Origin: Octopus sinensis
Lineage: Eukaryota
Direction of reading: 5' to 3'
NCBI RefSeq assembly: GCF_006345805.1
Contig: NW_021829492.1
Location: 1-5,982, forward strand
DNA: 5,982 nucleotides
In this document: positions 1 through 5,982 of the stretch, in pieces
Numbering within the stretch: the stretch's first letter is position 1
Layout of the letters: every line of letters begins with the position of its first letter
Notes under the pieces: model-generated
What the model saw: only the letters and a program-made list of their open reading frames with translations
The model's database searches: none
Told to the model about the DNA's origin: nothing
Translations under genes and position numbers: made by a program

Positions 1-85
1 ATTACCATGAATTCATATATAGGGATTTATGATAGTATAGACTACAATTATAATTGTATTTTATTCTATTATATAGATATATATT

Positions 86-280
86 GTTATTCAAATTTAC
101 AGAAAAGAAAATACGAAGAAAGGGGAGGGAACAACAAGCAAGTATAGTAGTTTGACGCTAGAGAGGAATGGTCAAGTTATTGACGTTTCCGAGAAACGAC
201 TGATAGGGAGAAAATGAAGGGAGAACGAAAACAAGCGTTACTGCATAACATATATCGGTTAAGGCCATGCAGAGGCTCAA
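86..280 (-). mobile_element. Degenerate short interspersed repeat, relative of the 5418-5605 hammerhead-bearing (Penelope-like/retrozyme-type) element
   Basis: Colinear with 5418-5560: GTTATTCAAA vs GTTAATTCAAA, ACAGAAAAGAAAATAC vs ACAAAAAGAAAACAC, CAAGTATAGT shared, GACGCT shared, TTGACGTTTC vs TTAACGTTTC, AGAAAC shared. Both start right after ATATAGATATATA-like sequence. Right boundary approximate. Confidence 0.6.
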
Positions 281-440
281 GAGAAAATGTTAAGCCTCTC
301 GTACTCCATGTCATCGTGTCTACGATATTCATGTGGGACACCAAAGGATAAGATGAAATTTTACCCAGAATGCAACTCAGAGTAACAAGTGTGCTGTTTC
401 GAAATTAGAAATCTTTAGTTTCGAAATCAATGATATTTCG

Positions 441-572
441 CTAAGACAACATATACATCTCAGCGGTGATCACTGTCAGTTTTTTGGATCTCATTTGAAG
501 AATTCTGCTTTGGTAATTGCTCTCTTCTATATCATTTGGTCGATCGAAGTCTACGTTATCTTTTTTTGATGA
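441..572 (-). CDS. Possible coding exon of an unknown gene (SSKKDNVDFDRPNDIEESNYQSRILQMRSKKLTVITAEMYMLS*)
   Basis: Minus-strand acceptor ATTTTCTTATTTTACCAATAG| (AG at 574-573), then 43 open codons in phase 0 to TAG at 443-441. Possible weak donor AT|GTATAT at 457/456. No recognisable domain. Confidence 0.3.
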   Translation of the reverse strand, partial: SSKKDNVDFDRPNDIEESNYQSRILQMRSKKLTVITAEMYMLS

Positions 573-986
573 CTATTGGTAAAATAAGAAAATATTGATT
601 GTCGTGATGAGCTGACATGACGGCTTTAAATTACCAAAGCTAACATGGGTACAGATCTCTTATTATAAAAAAAAACTGGTTGCCATCGCAACACTTTAAA
701 TTATAAATTTATCACTGTTTGTATATAGATTCATTATTCAGCCACTTAACGAGCAAAATATTTCATAAATATGCATTATCTACTCGGCATTGTAATTATT
801 TTTAAAATGTGGTGTGAAACAATCCAGAAAAATATATCATTATCGCTAATGTATAAACGCAATAACCTTGATTTCTGACCAGCTTTTTAAGAGACAATGC
901 CCGTAACAGTAACCGCTTGAGTTACTTTGCATGTATATATATATATATATATTGTAATAAATAAAATATATGCATACATACAAACA

Positions 987-1114
987 TACATGTACGTACC
1001 CACATTCTACACGCATATATACATGCATATATAAATACATATACGTAAGTACATGTACGTACCCACATCTACATGCACATATACACGCATATAAAATACA
1101 TATACGTAAGTACA
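987..1114. repeat. Tandem duplication, 2 copies of about 62 bp
   Basis: TACATGTACGTACCCACAT...AATACATATACGTAAG at 987-1049 and 1050-1110, followed by TACA. Confidence 0.9.
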
Positions 1115-1345
1115 GGACACCACAAAAAGACGTAGAACTCAACAGAAACAAAAACGGAAAAGCCATTTGTTTAACAACAGAAAGACAGAGACGTGGAACA
1201 GGACGAGAACGAAAACGGGAAAAACATTATAACAACAGAAAAACAAGGTACAGGACAAGCTACACAAGGAAAATCCCCAATCATCAGCTGTCGCTAGTAG
1301 ACTTAAGCGTGTTTCGAAGGCAAGACAGGACACGACTCGTCAGTC
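1110..1345 (-). mobile_element. Interspersed repeat fragment (possibly Penelope-like) with internal diverged duplication and hammerhead-like boxes
   Basis: A-rich on + and bounded by simple repeats. Internal units AAAACGG...AACAACAGAAA...ACAGGAC at 1151-1211 and 1212-1260. Minus strand carries CTGACGA (1343-1337), GAAAC (1315-1311) and CTGATGA (1287-1281). Confidence 0.45.
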
Positions 1346-1429
1346 TGTGTGTGTGTGTGTGTATGTATGTATATATGCATACAAATATATATATTTGTAT
1401 GTATGTAACAGTACACTATATATATATAT
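1346..1429. repeat. (TG)n/(TATG)n/(TA)n compound microsatellite
   Basis: Direct reading. Confidence 0.9.
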
Positions 1430-1435
1430 AATACA

Positions 1436-1741
1436 AAGTAAGATAGGGGTTATGGGTGTAACCCACTATGGGATAGCATTTATCCAATATACTGTTGGTA
1501 AAGTAGCCAGATTCTTATGTTTTTAATTGCAATGTAATTAACTCATTTATTGTATTAAACGGGTGAAGGCAAAGAAATATTTTTACCGTAAATTTATAAT
1601 ACAAATAAGAAAATGGAGGAACAAATTTAGTTTGTTCATCAACTTTCGGGTATTAGAATGTCCTTGGTTGGTATGGTTATATATTTTAGTGATGAATCAA
1701 TCCTTACGATAAATGAGTTTATTGCATTGCAATTAAAACAT
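1436..1741. mobile_element. Repeat with 37-38 bp inverted repeats (MITE-like, or an internally inverted retroelement fragment)
   Basis: 1517-1554 ATGTTTTTAATTGCAATGTAATTAACTCATTTATTGTA vs reverse complement of 1705-1741 ATGTTTTAATTGCAATGCAATAAACTCATTTATCGTA: 3 mismatches and 1 gap. No obvious TSD. Confidence 0.65.
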
Positions 1742-1769
1742 TTGTGTTTGTGATGAGCGTATTTAAAAA

Positions 1770-2205
1770 CCTGATCTTCGATATAAACTTAAAAGGAAGT
1801 TTTCCCAGAAATCCTGTCCTTTATCTCTTCTTTCTTGCATGCCCGATGTGACATTTCCGTCTACCCCAACGCTTATCTTTTCCCTAAATGTCTTCTGATT
1901 CCGATGTCTGCAATACAGGAGATTAGAATTCCCCCCACAAAACACGTTCTCGATATTTTAGTTTTCTCTCTCTCTATCCCGAATTCATGTTTTGCCTTTT
2001 CAAATTATTCTTCTTGTTACCAAGAAGAATAATTCGTACTCTGATTTTTCTCCATGGAGAAAAAACAGTACGAATTTTAAAGAATTTTACCCATCACCTC
2101 ACCACTTTCAAAAAGCTAGACACTCCCAATGTTTCACTTTTAGCTTTTTGGAAAGCATGGAAGATTCTTCAGAAATAATATCATTTAACTGTTGTTTCTA
2201 GCATG
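1770..2205 (-). mobile_element. Left, inverted copy of the repeat family at 2210-2790
   Basis: 2091-2141 matches the reverse complement of 2283-2334, and 2045-2075 matches the reverse complement of 2415-2448. Weaker matches lie further out (CTTTTCCCTAAAT / TTTTCTCCATAAAT; TCTTCGATATAAA / TCTTCGTATAAAA). Boundaries approximate. Confidence 0.6.
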
Positions 2206-2209
2206 TCGG

Positions 2210-2790
2210 GTTTTCTGGTGGTGGTCTGGTAATTTTAAGTTTGGTATTTTAGTAGAATTGTAGCATGCGGGAAACATCAGACAAAAGTGAAAGATTGAGA
2301 GATTTCAGCTTTTTTGAAAGCGGGTATGTGATGGATGGGCGGAGTAGGAGAAGGGGCATTGAGTGTTTCTTTAAGAAAAATTAAACTTTAAAAATATATC
2401 TATATATTTCCAAGATTCGTACTCTCTGTATTTTTCTCCGTAGAAAAGAAAACAAAATGAAAATCGATAAAAGTTACAAATTAAGAAATTGCGGTGGGAA
2501 TGTGGGAAAAGTAAAATTTTGTAAACGTGATTTATGGAGAAAATCGTATTAACCCGCTTTTATACGAAGAAAAAATACATGGTTTCTGATCCTTGTTAAG
2601 AACAGAAAGCACTTTCATGCAAACCCATGCAAATTGTACCCTCCACCCCTTCACTTTTAAACAAACAATAACTTCTATGATGCCCTTAACTTTATGTCAG
2701 TTGTGCCAATAATGCCCGTAAGTAAGGAGCAAATAATACAGTGTGGCTGTAGGCCATAACATGCGAGGGCAATGCCGGGATGGATTGCTA
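2210..2790 (+). mobile_element. Non-autonomous Helitron-like repeat, 3' part
   Basis: Ends GGGCAATGCCGGGATGGATTGCTA: short GC hairpin GGC-AAT-GCC (2768-2776) about 11 nt before CTA (2788-2790), resembling a degenerate Helitron 3' hairpin + CTRR. Homologous to the inverted copy on its left. Confidence 0.5.
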
Positions 2791-2838
2791 TGTGTGTGTG
2801 TATGCATGTATGTATATATATCTATATATAATATTATG

Positions 2839-2899
<61 letters not shown>

Positions 2900-2962
2900 A
2901 TATATATATAGATATATATATTGTATATATATATATATGTATATATATATATGTATGTATGT
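2791..2962. repeat. Imperfect (TG)n/(TA)n microsatellite
   Basis: Direct reading. Confidence 0.95.
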
Positions 2963-3100
2963 ATATGTATGTAAGTATATATATATAACATACCTATGTC
3001 TCACTCCTCTCTCTATGTGTGTAAATATAAATATATATATATGTATGTAAGTATATATATGTATAACATACCTATGTTTCTCACTCTCTCTATGTGTATA
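2963..3100. repeat. Tandem duplication, period about 76 bp
   Basis: ATATGTATGTAAGTATATAT...TATAACATACCTATGT...CTCTCTATGTGT occurs twice (GTAAG at 2971 and 3047). Confidence 0.85.
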
Positions 3101-3168
3101 TATATATGTATATATATATTACATATATATGTGTGCATATATATAGATACACACACACATACAAAAGT

Positions 3169-3240
<72 letters not shown>
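3169..3240. repeat. (ATAG)18 microsatellite
   Basis: Perfect tetranucleotide repeat. Confidence 0.97.
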
Positions 3241-3241
<1 letters not shown>

Positions 3242-3418
3242 CAGGCAAAAGGTGGATGGACAGGCTAACACAGAACTATTCGACGTGGAGCGATCCACAG
3301 TTCAGAAAATGCAATCAATATATTTAGAATGTCGGATTTATTTTATTGTTTGCAATACCTTACGGGCTGCTGTCTCCAGAATTGTCAGCCAGTGTACAGC
3401 ACCAACATGGTATTGTTC

Positions 3419-3444
3419 TATATTTATTATATATATATATTTAA

Positions 3445-3475
<31 letters not shown>

Positions 3476-3748
3476 ATAAGTGCGCACACACACACATATA
3501 TACACATGGCAAATACATATATATACATATATATACGCGGTAAATATAGGCATAGGTACACACCTAAATGCATATATATTTTAAGGTTTATATACAAATA
3601 CATACACACCCATATACATACACACACGCGCGCGCGACCACATATATATAAATTTTTTGTGTGTGTGTTTGGACCTTCATAATATATAACATATACATTA
3701 TAGAATATACCAAGTTTATCCTAAATAATATATGTAAAGATGTCTATT

Positions 3749-3781
<33 letters not shown>

Positions 3782-3804
3782 CTATATATAATTATATATA
3801 GATA

Positions 3805-3849
<45 letters not shown>

Positions 3850-3917
3850 ATATACGATATATGTATAAAGAGATACAGTGTGAGCGGTAGATAGAAAGAG
3901 AAAACGCGTGTAGATAA

Positions 3918-3948
<31 letters not shown>

Positions 3949-4050
3949 GAATACACATGCATATACAAATCTACGCACATTCTGACATACACCCATAATT
4001 ACACATGTACTTTTGCATATATATTCATATACATCTCACACACACACGTA
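3419..4050. repeat. Low-complexity (TA)n/(CA)n region, with a short (CA)n(CG)n tract near 3620-3636
   Basis: Direct reading; alternating purine-pyrimidine runs. Confidence 0.85.
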
Positions 4051-4301
4051 CGTACGCAATACGCTTTTTATTGTGTCAATAGCCATAATGCGACATATAT
4101 GTCGGTAACAGCTGTTTTTGTTACTGTATAAAACCTGCCGAACAAAAACCAGACTCCTCAACATTAAGGCAATACAATGTATTTATATTTCAAGTTAAGA
4201 AATTCAATATGTGATGTTAAAATAAATATGGCTTTAAGGCATATTTAACAGATTTCTGTCAAGTCGCGTTGGGTTTTTGTTATTCTTTCGTTGATTTTTA
4301 C

Positions 4302-4442
4302 CTGATTTGGTTTTGTTGCTCGCGCTCTTTAGATAACGGATTTCATTTTGCATTATAGAAGTCGATGTTTGTACACAGCAGCATTGTGCACGATGTTGCT
4401 CAAAATTCCAATTGTGTTCCTTCAATTTCTGAAAGAGATTTT
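4302..4442 (-). CDS. Candidate internal coding exon, 141 bp, phase 1-1 (xNLFQKLKEHNWNFEQHRAQCCCVQTSTSIMQNEIRYLKSASNKTKSx)
   Basis: Branch-like CTAAAT/TGAC, then pyrimidine tract ATTTTCTCTTTCCGAATAG| (AG at 4444-4443). Donor CAG|GTAAAA (GT at 4301-4300). Length is divisible by 3, only this frame is open, and the sequence is non-repetitive. Confidence 0.45.
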
Positions 4443-4699
4443 CTATTCGGAAAGAGAAAATGTCATATTTAGGCATTTTACTTTTGTTTTTGTTTTGGTT
4501 GTTGTAATTGTTGTAATTGTTGTATTGTTTTGTTTCTTGATTTTTTTTCCTTTCTTTAATAAATGCTAACGTGCCTAAATTAATGGCTTAAAAGGCACTC
4601 GATATATGGACGATATTTATGACTGGAATGAACTGAAATAATTCAACCTCTACATATATGTACGTACGCATGCATGTGTATATATATATAAATATATAT

Positions 4700-4736
4700 A
4701 TAGATAGATAGATAGATAGATAGATAGAGAGATAGA

Positions 4737-4768
<32 letters not shown>

Positions 4769-4778
4769 TAGATAGATT

Positions 4779-4817
<39 letters not shown>

Positions 4818-4818
4818 T

Positions 4819-4886
<68 letters not shown>
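4700..4886. repeat. (GATA)n microsatellite with (GA)n interruption; reads as a (CTAT)n tail of the adjacent element
   Basis: Direct reading. Confidence 0.97.
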
Positions 4887-4887
<1 letters not shown>

Positions 4888-5296
4888 GTTTCTTTATTGG
4901 CGACACAGGGCTGCACACAGATGGGACAAATTACAAGGTAGAGCTTTTCTTTCGGGGTATGAAAAAAAAAAGGAAAAAAAACAGTGGCGTAGTTTTCGAT
5001 CAAAATGGATCGTAAAAGGGAGAAAAGAAAAAAAGAAAAAAAGGAAAAGAAACAAAAGAAAAGAAAAAAGAAACAAAAGAAAAGAAAAAAGAAAAAAGAA
5101 GAAAAAAGAGGAAAAAAAACGATCAACAGGGATCGTGTATCACAGTGTCGGGATGTACGGTGCAGGGGAAGCAGATGAGGTTTATCCGTGGGAATAAAAG
5201 CCTACGAAAAAGACCACGGTAACCTCGGTCAATATTGTTATATGTTACCACATTTGTTTGCAAGTGGGTAACCCCCTGTTTTCAATATCTGGGTTC
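4887..5296 (-). mobile_element. 5'-truncated non-LTR retrotransposon 3' UTR (L1/Tx1-like layout)
   Basis: Minus strand: stem-loops, a long T/C-rich tract (5013-5119), then CAGCCCTGTGTCGCC-AATAAA (4898-4893)-GAAACT running directly into (TATC)n. (GATA)n on both flanks. Clade assignment is inference. Confidence 0.6.
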
Positions 5297-5395
<99 letters not shown>

Positions 5396-5417
5396 TTGAT
5401 ATAGATATAGATATATA
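5297..5417. repeat. (GATA)n microsatellite, degenerate at its right end
   Basis: Direct reading. Confidence 0.97.
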
Positions 5418-5605
5418 GTTAATTCAAACATGAAACCACAAAAAGAAAACACAACAATGCGAGGGCGTGGAACAAGTATAGTGTTATTGGACGCTCAGGA
5501 AAGGAAGGAAAGAAGGAAGATTTAACGTTTCGAGCGGAGCTCTTCGTCAGAAACATAGGAAAAGGAAAGATCCAAGGAAAGGAAGACGGAGCAAAAAATC
5601 GCCAA
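5418..5605 (-). mobile_element. Short hammerhead-containing repeat (Penelope-like pLTR / retrozyme-type fragment)
   Basis: Contains a hammerhead core, has a homologous copy at 86-280, and is flanked by TA-rich simple repeats. Confidence 0.7.
5520..5556 (-). ncRNA. Minimal type I hammerhead ribozyme motif
   Basis: Minus strand reads AUGUUU-CUGACGA-A-GAGC-UCC-GCUC-GAAA-CG-U-U-AAAU. It has the CUGANGA box, a 4-bp stem II, the GAAA box, a loopless palindromic stem III (ACGU), and stem I GUUU/AAAU. Confidence 0.7.
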
Positions 5606-5625
5606 TAAATATATATATAATATAT

Positions 5626-5982
5626 GGTGGTTGTCTGCTCCTTATGCAGAGTTTGACCACATCCTCTACCTACACCTTAGAACCATCGTGGCATTTGATG
5701 TGGCTTTTTAAACCAGACAATTTTCTGGAAAGACACCCACATAGATTGCATATCCGATTTGGACCACCAAGAACTGCAGATAAGTTCTGATCTTTGTGGA
5801 TCTTATAATGTCTTTTGAGGCCTCTGTTAGATTTGGAAACTTTCCAGCATACATGGCATTGAAAGGTGTGCACTGACACGTAGGCAGCATAAATGATGGA
5901 TGTTCGTTTTCCATGGGTTCGGAAATGAGATTTGTTCCCAGCAAAAGAAAGGCATGGTCTATCACAAAATGGTCAATGTGGT
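5626..5982 (-). mobile_element. 3' end of a decayed LINE (RTE-like), continuing beyond the window
   Basis: Frameshifted coding remnant ending in zinc fingers, a very short (about 44 nt) 3' UTR, then a (TA)-rich tail at 5607-5625. The CxxC...GLxSH C-terminus resembles RTE-clade ORF ends. Confidence 0.55.
5670..5876 (-). pseudogene. Two C2H2 zinc fingers at the C-terminus of a disrupted ORF
   Basis: CHVC-x12-HYKIH (5858-5796) and CNLC-x12-HIKCH (5750-5688), with a 15-aa non-TGEKP linker. No in-frame ATG; the upstream open frame (HIDHFVIDHA...FMLPT) is shifted near 5877. Confidence 0.7.

Noticed and set aside
43-58. Perfect palindrome TACAATTATAATTGTA
   Set aside because: Almost entirely A/T in a very AT-rich context, with no supporting feature.
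396-427. Two GTTTCGAAAT copies 22 bp apart
   Set aside because: Only two short copies, with no CUGANGA partner or array; not CRISPR, and plausible by chance.
604-630. GTGATGA-GCTG-ACATGA-CGGC, hammerhead-like on the + strand
   Set aside because: C3 is replaced by G and no GAAA box follows the stem.
908-926. Hairpin AGTAAC-N7-GTTACT
   Set aside because: An isolated 6-bp stem, expected by chance; prokaryotic terminator logic does not apply here.
846-1431. ORFs 846-1166, 970-1431 and 1139-1333
   Set aside because: Translations of TA/CA-rich tandem repeats and an A-rich repeat (YI/HT/CV runs); no domain.
1772-1908. Apparent minus-strand exon (acceptor CTCCTGTATTGCAG; phase 1 gives DIGIRRHLGKR*, resembling an amidation signal)
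   Set aside because: It appears to lie inside the inverted repeat copy, the donor (GTTTTT) is weak, and GKR-stop is too short to be significant. Only RNA-seq could rescue it.
2743-3682. ORFs 2743-2988, 2788-2991, 3329-3682 and 3338-3553
   Set aside because: Open mainly because (TA)n lacks stop codons.
4348-5126. Hydrophobic ORFs 4348-4569, 4643-4918, 4650-5126 and 4894-5076
   Set aside because: Poly-F/V and IYLS repeats derived from T-rich and (CTAT)n tracts, not membrane proteins.

Overview
Very AT-rich, microsatellite-laden eukaryotic non-coding DNA. The (TA)n/(GATA)n load and repeat types resemble cephalopod (Octopus-like) genomic DNA; this is an inference, not checked. There is no complete gene, and most listed ORFs are translations of simple repeats. 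The window is a mosaic of mobile-element fragments sitting in microsatellites: (1) two related minus-strand elements (86-280, 5418-5605), one carrying an intact minimal type-I hammerhead ribozyme motif and the other with that core deleted; (2) another repeat with scattered hammerhead-like boxes (1110-1345); (3) a 38-bp inverted-repeat element (1517-1741); (4) two copies of one repeat in inverted orientation, ending in a Helitron-like terminus (1770-2790); (5) a non-LTR retroposon 3' end embedded in (GATA)n (4887-5296); (6) a frameshifted LINE-like 3' end encoding two C2H2 zinc fingers (5626-5982). Two or three possible minus-strand exons (4302-4442, 441-572, weakly 3364-3417) suggest the region may be intronic.
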